This document shows, in pieces, positions 37,951 to 47,371 of a stretch of 64,000 nt of DNA. Position 1 is the stretch's first letter; each line of letters opens with the position of its first letter. Position numbers and translations under genes: made by a program. This stretch comes from Spirochaetota bacterium (lineage in GTDB: Bacteria; Spirochaetota; UBA4802; JAFGDQ01): NCBI GenBank assembly GCA_043803405.1, contig JAZDKB010000020.1, forward strand, positions 1 through 64,000, in the 5' to 3' direction. Below the pieces are notes generated by a model that searched no databases, was not told the DNA's origin, and was given only the letters and a program-made list of their open reading frames with translations.

Positions 37951-38324
37951 CGTATTCTCCTATATTATTGATTTTTCATGGAGAATACGATGGTTCATTA
38001 TTTAACGCAAGATGGGAGGAATTTTACGCTTACTATTTTTTACGATTTTTCTTATGTATAAGCTCTGCGGCAGAGGATTTCAGAAAATTCACAAAGGACT
38101 TTTGGGAAATCAAACAGCGATCAGGTATTTAATTGACTATGTTCAAAAAATGATTTTAAAATAAAATTCCCCGGGGAAGCCCCTGGTACTAAGGTACCAG
38201 CCGCCACCTGCAATGTCAGCCGGCGCGAAAGCAAAGGTATTATGCTTTCAAGACGTTGAAATAAATAATGCACACTAAATAGGATTCCAACGTAAAAAAA
38301 CAGAAAAAAATTTTAATATTCGAA

Positions 38325-39323
38325 TCATAATATTTCTTCTATCTTTTTCATTACATCATCTACAGAAATATCCTTCATGCATGAATATTTATTTTCAGTG
38401 TTCCTGCAATCAATATCAACCTTATTAACAATACACGGCGAACATTCTTTATTTTTATAAATCACTTTTACTTTTAATGTCTTATCAAACGGTAAAAAAT
38501 TTGTTGGATTTAATGGCCCAAAAATACCAATTACTGATTTTTTAAGACTATAAGCAAAATGGAAAATTCCACCATCGACAGTAATGATACTTTTTGCATT
38601 CTTTATTATTACAAGGAGTTCTTCTAGAGATGTATTGTTTACCAGATCAATAATATCATTTCTATGCTCATGAACCGGATTTAATCCAACAATTACAATA
38701 TTTTCCTTTTTTAATTTTAGTTTCGCAATTAATTCATCAAAATAAGGCCATTGTCTTAAATCCCTGTTTAGATATTGAACATAGATATTAACGAGTATAT
38801 ATTTTTTATTTATGAGATTATATTTGGACAAAACCTCTTTCTGTTGTTCAATTTCCATTGTGTAATCGTAAACTGGTTTTATCCCAATCTTATTTAAAAT
38901 ATTTACAACCTCTTTTGTCTTATGTGTATTTTCAGTATTTACAAGCGAGCTCTTATATGGCAGCAACTTTAACAAAAGAGATCTGAATGGATTTGGATGA
39001 ACCACAATAAACATATCAAAAGAATTATCTTTAAAAAACGACCATAATTTAACAAAATCTTTAATAAAAAATTTAAAAATTTCTAGATGAGTAAATTTTT
39101 TAATCCCATATTCGTAGATATTATCTATATGTTTATTGTTTGAAAGTATAAGTGTTGAATTTTTATTCGGGGAAAGAGCAGTAATTTTAATTTCAGGATT
39201 GGCTTTTTTTAAACTAGCAAAAAGCGGGAAACACATGATCTGATCGCCAAGCCCGAAAGGGAACTCGACGACGATAGATTTAAAATTCTTCGATATAATT
39301 TCAGTTGATGATTTTTTTTTCAT
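38325..39323 (-). CDS. Glycosyltransferase family 9 (ADP-heptose:LPS heptosyltransferase-like)
   Basis: GLGDQIM..P, ITVDGGIFHFA..IGIFGP, CSPC..C..CMKDISVDDV. Confidence 0.88.
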   Translation of the reverse strand: MKKKSSTEIISKNFKSIVVEFPFGLGDQIMCFPLFASLKKANPEIKITALSPNKNSTLILSNNKHIDNIYEYGIKKFTHLEIFKFFIKDFVKLWSFFKDNSFDMFIVVHPNPFRSLLLKLLPYKSSLVNTENTHKTKEVVNILNKIGIKPVYDYTMEIEQQKEVLSKYNLINKKYILVNIYVQYLNRDLRQWPYFDELIAKLKLKKENIVIVGLNPVHEHRNDIIDLVNNTSLEELLVIIKNAKSIITVDGGIFHFAYSLKKSVIGIFGPLNPTNFLPFDKTLKVKVIYKNKECSPCIVNKVDIDCRNTENKYSCMKDISVDDVMKKIEEIL

Positions 39324-39402
39324 TGTGATATTAGGTATCTATTAAGTCGTTATTTCAAACAAATAGAAAGATGTAATGAATTTAAAACATCCAAATTTAT
39401 TA

Positions 39403-40503
39403 TTATAATTTAAATTGTTGTTTCCATTCTAATGGATCTATTACTTTCCCCATGTTACTTACCAATCCGTCAAAAACCGCCCTATTTAATAAATATATAC
39501 GTTTTATTTTATAATCATCATTGAAAACAAAAATCATCAATAATTTAATTATATATTTTATCGGAAGACTATATAAACAATACAATATAAACATAAATCC
39601 AAAATTTTTTTTAACAAAATATATTTCATTTCGAAATGAATAATATCCCCACATCAAATAATCTTTTATATTTGTTCTAAAAAATTTTCTTCCTAGTAAA
39701 TATTTTTCTATTCTTTCACGTTCCGTGCTCTTGCCATCCTTATGGATAACAATACTTTTTGTATTAGTAATAACTCCATATCCGGCTTTAGAAGCTTTTA
39801 TACACCAGTCAGCTTCCTCAACTTGCATAAAATACAGCTCATCCATCAAACCTATTTTTTTTATAACTTCATTTTTAATTAGAAATGATGCACCCATAAC
39901 CGATTTCATTCTTATATAATCCGGAACCTTTGAATTATTACTAATCCCGTCAAAACTACCATGACCAACGCCATTCCAGCCAATATGATCATTGCCGAGC
40001 GATTGTATTATATTATGATTAAATCCAAATAATAGTTTAGATCCGACTACACCTATATTGTTGTCTGTCTCAGCCAACTGAATCATTTCAGATAGTGAAT
40101 TTTTTTCTATTTCAGTATCATTATTTAAAAGCCAAAAATAATCTGAATCACCTTTACTCAAACCATATTTTAATCCTATATTATTTCCAGATGCAAATCC
40201 ATTATTAAAAGCTGATCGAATTATGATAATCGGTGAAAATTTTTCTTTAGAGGTTTTATTGTCTTTGGTTTTAATAAATGTTAATTCGTCTGTCTCTTGT
40301 TGATTATAAATCAAAAACTTCATTTTATTTTTAAAAGATTTTTTGATCCAGTTTGAAATGTTATCAACGGAACCATCAGTCGAATTATTATCAACTATGA
40401 TAATCTGGTAATTATTATAAATATTTTTAATAATAGAATCTACACAAGCGACTGTATCTTTCCAGCCGTTATAATTTATTAGCAAAATATAAACTTTTTT
40501 CAT
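39403..40503 (-). CDS. Glycosyltransferase family 2
   Basis: INYNGWKDT, VDNNSTDGS, NGFASGNN, LLNNDT, EEADWC. Confidence 0.9.
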   Translation of the reverse strand: MKKVYILLINYNGWKDTVACVDSIIKNIYNNYQIIIVDNNSTDGSVDNISNWIKKSFKNKMKFLIYNQQETDELTFIKTKDNKTSKEKFSPIIIIRSAFNNGFASGNNIGLKYGLSKGDSDYFWLLNNDTEIEKNSLSEMIQLAETDNNIGVVGSKLLFGFNHNIIQSLGNDHIGWNGVGHGSFDGISNNSKVPDYIRMKSVMGASFLIKNEVIKKIGLMDELYFMQVEEADWCIKASKAGYGVITNTKSIVIHKDGKSTERERIEKYLLGRKFFRTNIKDYLMWGYYSFRNEIYFVKKNFGFMFILYCLYSLPIKYIIKLLMIFVFNDDYKIKRIYLLNRAVFDGLVSNMGKVIDPLEWKQQFKL

Positions 40504-40507
40504 AATT

Positions 40508-41446
40508 TTAATTCTTTATTAGCGATCCAATAATAAAAAAAATTTTATACAGAAGACTTCTCCCGGCAAGCATATAATTTCTATATTTAAATGCAATTAT
40601 AAATGCTTTAAAATGTAGTTTTGAATTCAAAATGTTTTTATAAAATATTAGCCGATTATTTATAATGACTTTTTCATCTTTTGAAAAAGAATCAGATGCC
40701 ATCATTGCCTCAAGATTTATAACTTCATTACGGAACTTTCCCTTATCCTTTTTTAAATTAAACTCATTAATTTTTTGAATAGTATTTATTTTTTTATTTG
40801 CTCCCGTATCGTTGTTTTGATGCTGACGATATTTGATAAGCGGTGCTTTCATATATTTTATTCCGTTTGTTTTAGAGGCAATTAAAGCCAGCCACCAGTC
40901 ATGGTGATGAATTCCGTTAGGAATCGGCAGAGCTCTTTTAATTAAATCTTTTGTTACTAATGCAGTACATCCTGTAACAAAATTTCTAAACACTAAGATT
41001 GCGAATTCTTTTCCATCTGCGATATAATTTCGGGAATACCTCTGGAATGATTCTGCAATTCTATTCCCGTTGTCATCAATCAATTCTGCATCCGAGCATA
41101 TTAAAGAATAATCTTCAATTTCACTAACAAGCCGTTCTATTTTATCAGGCATCCATATGTCGTCTTGATCAGCTAGAGCAATATACTCGCCCTTACATTT
41201 TAAAATTGCTGCTTCAAAATTTTTTACAAACCCGATATTTTTATTATTTATATGATATTTAAGCCCAAACTTTTTGCTATATTCATTCAGAATTTCAACC
41301 GTTTCGTCAGAAGAACAGTCATCGGATACAATTATTTCGATGTTCTTATATGTCTGGTCGTAAATTGAGTCCAATTGTTCACGTAAAAATTTTTCACCGT
41401 TAAATGTTGCAAGAGCTATGGAGACTAGTTTTTGTTTTGGTGCCAT
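40508..41446 (-). CDS. Glycosyltransferase family 2 (rhamnosyltransferase-like)
   Basis: LATFNGEKFLREQLDSI, DDCSSD, DQDDIW, HHDWW, YRQH. Confidence 0.9.
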   Translation of the reverse strand: MAPKQKLVSIALATFNGEKFLREQLDSIYDQTYKNIEIIVSDDCSSDETVEILNEYSKKFGLKYHINNKNIGFVKNFEAAILKCKGEYIALADQDDIWMPDKIERLVSEIEDYSLICSDAELIDDNGNRIAESFQRYSRNYIADGKEFAILVFRNFVTGCTALVTKDLIKRALPIPNGIHHHDWWLALIASKTNGIKYMKAPLIKYRQHQNNDTGANKKINTIQKINEFNLKKDKGKFRNEVINLEAMMASDSFSKDEKVIINNRLIFYKNILNSKLHFKAFIIAFKYRNYMLAGRSLLYKIFFIIGSLIKN

Positions 41447-41544
41447 TTTTTTTATTTATTGGTTAGAAATCAAAGAAACATTCATAGCATTAGAAAATAA
41501 TTTATTATTTCATGTCTTGATAAAAATAGAAGAAGTTTAGTAAT

Positions 41545-42294
41545 TCATTGACCCGAATAATAATTTGTTTCCATTCTTTTTAACTTCAAATTATCAATAA
41601 AAACTCCATCCTTTTCAGTTCTCTTTATCATAAAAAAAATAGACCATGATAGAGTTGAAAAAATTCTACTCAACAACTTACTCAAAAAAAGAGGAAATGG
41701 CCAGAAGTTCGACCCTTTAAAATCAAAAATCTTAAAAAAGTTGCCGCACTCAACAAATTTTATAAAGCCGTTCTTTGTAAAACCCCTCATGTGAGGACCT
41801 AACAGTTTTATACATAATGGTTGCATACCAAATAATAAAAGAATTCTTTCGTGTAAAGCTGCTAGATTTGGGACACCCACAATTAGCGTACCATTCGATT
41901 TTAATATTCTTGAAATTTCCGAAAAAATCCAATAAATTTCTTTAGTATGCTCAAGCACTTGATTGATTATAATTAAATCAAAATATTTATCCTGGAATGG
42001 GAAACTAGAATTTTCCATATTAATTGGAAACACTTTTATCCCCTTCTCTAAACATATATTAATATATGGAGGATAATTTTCGAGACCAAATAAATTTACA
42101 TTATCAGCAGCGAGATGTTCTTTTATTTCGATTAAATCGTATCCTCCTCCGCAGCCAACATCCAAAATATTAATAGCAGTTAGACCGGACGATACTTCAT
42201 TTAAACTGGTTACGCTCCACTTTCTAATTATTGATCTACCATAGTTTAAAATAAATGTTTTTTTATCTATATATTCAAGATACCTTTGAATCAT
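41545..42294 (-). CDS. Class I SAM-dependent methyltransferase
   Basis: ILDVGCGGG, FDLIIINQVLEH, ILKSNG..VPN. Confidence 0.88.
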   Translation of the reverse strand: MIQRYLEYIDKKTFILNYGRSIIRKWSVTSLNEVSSGLTAINILDVGCGGGYDLIEIKEHLAADNVNLFGLENYPPYINICLEKGIKVFPINMENSSFPFQDKYFDLIIINQVLEHTKEIYWIFSEISRILKSNGTLIVGVPNLAALHERILLLFGMQPLCIKLLGPHMRGFTKNGFIKFVECGNFFKIFDFKGSNFWPFPLFLSKLLSRIFSTLSWSIFFMIKRTEKDGVFIDNLKLKRMETNYYSGQ

Positions 42295-42542
42295 TTATTT
42301 AAATCTCCATAAATATTATATTTATTTTTGTTATAATCCAAATATCCTTTTATAATCATATTTATTTTATTAAATTTTTCTTTCTAAAATAATACTAATT
42401 TTGCCATATTATAAAATTAATATGACTACTTCATTAGAGAATATGAGATATTGTTTATATTCAAGGATCACATACATTGAAAGTTCAATTTAAAATATTA
42501 AACCCAAATATTGATTTGATCATTTATTTATCTGGGTTTTTT

Positions 42543-43331
42543 TTATTTAAAAATAAAATAATAAATTTTTAATAAAATAGTCATTTCCTTCAGTGGTAAA
42601 GAAATTTTTTCTTTTAATTTATGTCCTTTTATTTTTTCGAAAATGAAAATAATATTCATATCACTTTTTTGATAATAATAATCTTTTAAAATAAAAGAGA
42701 AATTATATCTTTCGTTAATATAATTAAATATTTCTACCATAGAGTCTGGATCCCAAACGTGAAAATGAATTGTGTGTTTTTTAATTCCATCAAGAGTTTT
42801 TGCTATAGGTTTGTCTTTTTTTAATTCTACAAATTCAAGCCATTCCTTAAAATGATCATTGCAATCACTAATTTTAACATTATTTTCATAATCCTGAACA
42901 ATATGATTTATTTGAGTTACAGGTCTTTCATTATCCATTGAAAATCTTTTATCTGGTAATGAAATATAAAGGATAGAATGATCTTTTAATACCCGATAGA
43001 ATTCATGCAATGCTTTTATTGGATTAGGTATATGTTCCAACACATGGCGGGCAATTACAAAATCAAGAGATTCATCAGAAAAGCAACCTAAATCTTCAGC
43101 GTCAGCAACAATATCCGGAGATAATATCTTATTTTCATCTGTCTCTGGATTTAATTCTATTAAAGATTTTACTTCTTGCCTATCGACATAGATCACTTCT
43201 GCATTTTTTCTATTTACTTGCAAAGGTTGATTGAGCGCTCCTATCTCTATTCCTTTGCCTTGTATATATCGTCTAAGTTGCCGCTTAGCGCAAAATTGGT
43301 TTAACTTTATTAATATTTTTAACATTTTCAT
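42543..43331 (-). CDS. Class I SAM-dependent methyltransferase domain protein
   Basis: GIEIGAL, DFVIARHVLEHIPNP..RVLK. Confidence 0.82.
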   Translation of the reverse strand: MKMLKILIKLNQFCAKRQLRRYIQGKGIEIGALNQPLQVNRKNAEVIYVDRQEVKSLIELNPETDENKILSPDIVADAEDLGCFSDESLDFVIARHVLEHIPNPIKALHEFYRVLKDHSILYISLPDKRFSMDNERPVTQINHIVQDYENNVKISDCNDHFKEWLEFVELKKDKPIAKTLDGIKKHTIHFHVWDPDSMVEIFNYINERYNFSFILKDYYYQKSDMNIIFIFEKIKGHKLKEKISLPLKEMTILLKIYYFIFK

Positions 43332-43376
43332 TCTTTAAAGAAAATTAAATTTTACATTTAGAACTTTATTTGAATG

Positions 43377-44726
43377 TTATTTTTTTAATAATAAATTATT
43401 ATATAATTCTAACATTGAATAAATATGCTCTTTAAATGTTTGCTGATTTTTAATTTTATTTTGAAAATCTGAAACTAATTCAGGATGCTTTATAAATTTT
43501 TCCATTTTTTCAGATAAATCATTAACATCATTTGGTTTAACTAAAAATCCATTTTCCTGATCGGATAACCATTGTGGTATTCCTCCAATATTACTTCCAA
43601 TTACTGGGATCTTGGCTTTTATCCATTCAATACCAATTAGACCGAATATCTCATCCCAAATAGAAGGAACTATACCCACATCAATTTCTTTGAATGCTTC
43701 ATTAATCGAAGCGTTATTATAATGAGTTTTATATTCGATATTTAAATTCCCTTTAATTATTTTTTTATTATTATCATGCCATATAATTAATTTTGCTTTG
43801 TTCTGATCAAGTTTTGCAAAAGCATCAATCAATACATCATATCCTTTATGATGATAAAGACCGCCAACATAACCAAAAACAACAGGATATGTTTTATTAT
43901 GAACTGGTTTTGGAAATATTAAATCTACAGTTGCACTTGCAATAGGAATTATTTTCATTAACTCAGGTAATATTCCATGATTAATAAATATATTTGCTGC
44001 TCCTTGCGCTGAACAATGAATAACAGTTAACTTATTTAATCTTTCAATAAAATATTTTCTTCTATTTAAATATTGATTTGAGGAATATGGGATCAGAGGA
44101 TTTATCAATTTTTGGGTACAATTTGCTATTCTCTTTAACAACATAAATTTAATTTTCGTCAACAAAGGGCTATTCAAATAATACGAATAGTATTTATATC
44201 TTGGTAAATCATTTAAGCATTTAACACATTCTTCTCCATTATTATAATCAATACACCTTTCTTTTCCTAAATACATTAAATCACGTTGTGAACAAATATC
44301 ATAGTAATTATGCATGGTCTTAATTACTGGTATTTTTCTTTTTACGATTAAATCTATTATCGATACGGAATGTAGTTGCAGTTCATGAATATGAACAATA
44401 TCCGGTTTTTCCTGGTCTAAAATATCCTCTGTAAATTTATTTATGCTTTTATAACTAGATTCGTGTTCAGGATTATTCAGATAACCAAAACGATGAGGAG
44501 TATTATAAAGCTCAATAAATTTTATTTTATCCTTATACCATGTTTTAATAAAAGGATCGAGTGTAGGCTTATAAGTATATTGTGGTGCAGCATAAAAACA
44601 AACTGTTTCCCATCCTTCAGCATTTACAGCTCGAATTAATGCATCCTGATAGAGTACAGCTCCCCCGATACAATAGGGCTCAATACCAAAACCAATATAT
44701 AGAATTTTCGGCACTTTTATTTCCAA
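43377..44726 (-). CDS. Glycosyltransferase family 4
   Basis: KPDIVHIH, TMHNYY..C, HKGYDVL, VPSIWDEIFGL, GGIPQ..ENGFLV. Confidence 0.88.
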   Translation of the reverse strand: MEIKVPKILYIGFGIEPYCIGGAVLYQDALIRAVNAEGWETVCFYAAPQYTYKPTLDPFIKTWYKDKIKFIELYNTPHRFGYLNNPEHESSYKSINKFTEDILDQEKPDIVHIHELQLHSVSIIDLIVKRKIPVIKTMHNYYDICSQRDLMYLGKERCIDYNNGEECVKCLNDLPRYKYYSYYLNSPLLTKIKFMLLKRIANCTQKLINPLIPYSSNQYLNRRKYFIERLNKLTVIHCSAQGAANIFINHGILPELMKIIPIASATVDLIFPKPVHNKTYPVVFGYVGGLYHHKGYDVLIDAFAKLDQNKAKLIIWHDNNKKIIKGNLNIEYKTHYNNASINEAFKEIDVGIVPSIWDEIFGLIGIEWIKAKIPVIGSNIGGIPQWLSDQENGFLVKPNDVNDLSEKMEKFIKHPELVSDFQNKIKNQQTFKEHIYSMLELYNNLLLKK

Positions 44727-44751
44727 TTGAATATTATATTTTCACTTTTAA

Positions 44752-47337
44752 CTATGATTTATTATATTTTTTAATTTTATATATTATCTTTTTAATAATT
44801 AAATTAACTCTCATACCAATAAAAGGGAAGGGCCAATTCTGAAAACTCCAAACTGTAGCCCAAGAATTAGAGCATCCATCACATTTTTCTACTTGTTTCC
44901 TGGCAATTTTTGCCTCTTCGCTTTTCCATACCTCTTCTACTGAATTCGTTTTTATATTTCCAATATTTATATGACTAAAACCCAGGCATGGTGTAACACC
45001 GCCATCAGGTTTTAAAACAAAAAAAGAATTCAAAGCAGTACAATTATATTTTAGTTTATGCTTTACTGCTGCCAGCAATATCTCGTTATGGAAACTTGGC
45101 TTTAATGCCTTCAAACCTTTAATTAGATCTTGATTATCCTCTTTTTTATAATCCTTTGCTTTGCTTTTATCATCAATATTATTATAATAACTGAATTGTT
45201 CATAAAGTTGAGTAACGAATGATATACATAATTTTTCAGAATAATTCTCTACATCCTGTAAAGTATCCACCGTTAAATTTGAAAGTGTATGGCCGATTAG
45301 CATATTCCCCATTCTTTCTTTATACAACTCCTTTAACTTAACCAGTTCTTTTAATAAATAATCCACCTTTTCGAAATTATTTTTAATTCCTCTACTCAAA
45401 TTATGATCCTCGCCGATTCCATCTAATGATACACCATAATCAATTAAAATATTATTTTCTATACAAAATCGGGCAACTTCTAGAACTTTATCAGCTAAAA
45501 TAGCATTTGTACTTAGCGTTATACTTGTATTAGGTCTGGCATTATGAATCGCAAGTATTAATTCTTTAATATCTTTTCTTAGAACTGCCTCACCACCAGT
45601 AAGTAAAATAACTTTAAGACTTGAAAAAATATCTTGTTTAAGAATTTTCTCTAATTCAGCTGGTGTTAGCATATTCTTTGAAGGAGAATTTTTCCACATA
45701 TTACAATGTTTACATCGTGAATTACATGCATCAGTAACTTCATAAACAATATTTTCAATATTTAATAATTCATCTCTTTTTTTCATTCTACTGTATCTGA
45801 TACTTTGTTTTATTAAACCAAATGATTCAATAAATACTTTTAAACAGTAAGATAAAATCGAATTTATAAACTTAAATAGCATTTTTAATGACCTCACAAT
45901 TATTTTTGTTATAGGGAGAAATCTAAATATAATGTATCTAATTTTCTTATAAATATTTAAATTCACATACCAATTTGCAAAATTATATAATATAAATAAT
46001 GTTCTACTACTTAATAAAGGAGTACTAATTAACGGCTCCTTTGTTGAGAATAGATCATCCCTTTCCTCTCTTAAGAATCCTTTCATCTTAGCTTCTTCAT
46101 AAAGAGGCGTTCCGTAATATGGAGTTGCCATATGAAATCCAGCTGTATTCATTCCTGCTCTCTTTAATTTTTTTGCAAAAATAATTGTTTTTAATACATT
46201 CCATTTTGTTTCTCCAATAGACCCTAACACAAAAGATCCATCTACAATAATATTATATTTTTTAAACATTTTAACTGCTTCGTTTACTTTTTTTAAATCC
46301 TGTTTTTTCCCAATAATATTATCAACTACATTTTGATCTCCGGATTCCGGAGCTACAAAAACCCTTACACAACCAGACTTTTTCATTTTAGATACTAATT
46401 CCTCATCAAGTGTATCAGCTCTAATCCCATTAGGGGTACTCCAAGTAAATTCCAGTTTATTATTGACAATTAAATCAAATATTCGTTTTGCCCTAGCTTT
46501 ATTTAACGTTAAATTATCATCTTCAAAATTAATATGACCAGTATTATAATCTGCTAAAACTTGCTTTATTTCTTTTATTACATTTTCTGGTGTTCTGGTT
46601 CTAAATTTTTTCCCCATTGATAAATTGATACTGCAAAAATTACAATTGAATGGACACCCACGAGAGGTTATGATAGTAACCCAACTATTATCATATGTAT
46701 ACAAAGTTCTCGCCCCACCACCAGAACTCATTGCAATAAAGTATTCTTTCATAGGAACTAAATGCCTTGCAGGGAAAGGTATCGAATCTAAATCATCGAT
46801 AAACGGTCTTAATGGATTTATTAGCAATTTCCCTTTCTTTTTAAAACCAATCCCAAGAATTTCAGGAAAAATATTTGTTTTATTATCAGCTAAAGCTTTA
46901 ACTAATTCCAGAATTGTTTCTTCACCTTCACCCATAACAACAAAATCAACATTATCATCAGACAGAACCTGTAATGGGTGAACGGTAGGATGCGGTCCCC
47001 CTACAATTGTAATTATATTTTTATTTATTTTTTTTACTTGTTCACATACTAAATGAGCACTAGTAGCATTAATTGAAAAAGGTACAGAAATACCTACAAT
47101 ATCAGGTTTCAATCTCTCAATTCTATTTCTAATTTCATCAAATGATAACCCCAAATGATATTTACCATTTACAATTTTTAAATTTCTCCATCCCTCTAAA
47201 GCCGCATCAAGAACTGAAACTTTATATTTCCTCTCCAAGGACGCAGCTATATATAAAAGACCTAGCGGTTGGAAAATATACGGTCTTTCATAACTTATAC
47301 TTACTAATTGAGGCGGATTTATTAAACATATCTTCAT
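44752..47337 (-). CDS. Fusion: B12-binding radical SAM domain plus second radical SAM domain with SPASM/twitch C-terminus
   Basis: QPLGLLYIAA..GGPHPT..GEGE, SRGCPFNCNFC; then EVTDACNSRCKHC, LTGGE, STNA, NCTAL..PDGGVTPC..IGNI..CDGC. Confidence 0.88.
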   Translation of the reverse strand: MKICLINPPQLVSISYERPYIFQPLGLLYIAASLERKYKVSVLDAALEGWRNLKIVNGKYHLGLSFDEIRNRIERLKPDIVGISVPFSINATSAHLVCEQVKKINKNIITIVGGPHPTVHPLQVLSDDNVDFVVMGEGEETILELVKALADNKTNIFPEILGIGFKKKGKLLINPLRPFIDDLDSIPFPARHLVPMKEYFIAMSSGGGARTLYTYDNSWVTIITSRGCPFNCNFCSINLSMGKKFRTRTPENVIKEIKQVLADYNTGHINFEDDNLTLNKARAKRIFDLIVNNKLEFTWSTPNGIRADTLDEELVSKMKKSGCVRVFVAPESGDQNVVDNIIGKKQDLKKVNEAVKMFKKYNIIVDGSFVLGSIGETKWNVLKTIIFAKKLKRAGMNTAGFHMATPYYGTPLYEEAKMKGFLREERDDLFSTKEPLISTPLLSSRTLFILYNFANWYVNLNIYKKIRYIIFRFLPITKIIVRSLKMLFKFINSILSYCLKVFIESFGLIKQSIRYSRMKKRDELLNIENIVYEVTDACNSRCKHCNMWKNSPSKNMLTPAELEKILKQDIFSSLKVILLTGGEAVLRKDIKELILAIHNARPNTSITLSTNAILADKVLEVARFCIENNILIDYGVSLDGIGEDHNLSRGIKNNFEKVDYLLKELVKLKELYKERMGNMLIGHTLSNLTVDTLQDVENYSEKLCISFVTQLYEQFSYYNNIDDKSKAKDYKKEDNQDLIKGLKALKPSFHNEILLAAVKHKLKYNCTALNSFFVLKPDGGVTPCLGFSHINIGNIKTNSVEEVWKSEEAKIARKQVEKCDGCSNSWATVWSFQNWPFPFIGMRVNLIIKKIIYKIKKYNKS

Positions 47338-47371
47338 AACTATTTCTCTTTTTAAATTAAATGCGTTTGTA

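Larger units (their letters stand above)
35590..38033 (-). mobile_element. IS66-family insertion sequence
   Basis: Ends GTAAGCGTCAAAT / GTAAGCGTAAAAT (inverted); 8-bp TSD TATTTTTT at 35582-35589 and 38034-38041; tnpA-tnpB-tnpC order. Confidence 0.95.
35510..38132 (+). pseudogene. Probable C-terminal relic of a minimal nucleotidyltransferase (MNT-like) gene, split by IS66
   Basis: Removing the IS and one TSD joins 35510-35589 to 38042-38132 into NRAPSTLVFSIIQNGIPIIIKDPAYFLRFFLCISSAAEDFRKFTKDFWEIKQRSGI*; family call by resemblance only. Confidence 0.5.

Noticed and set aside
37932..38132. 66-aa ORF as a real gene
   Set aside because: Chimera of the IS66 end and the interrupted relic frame.
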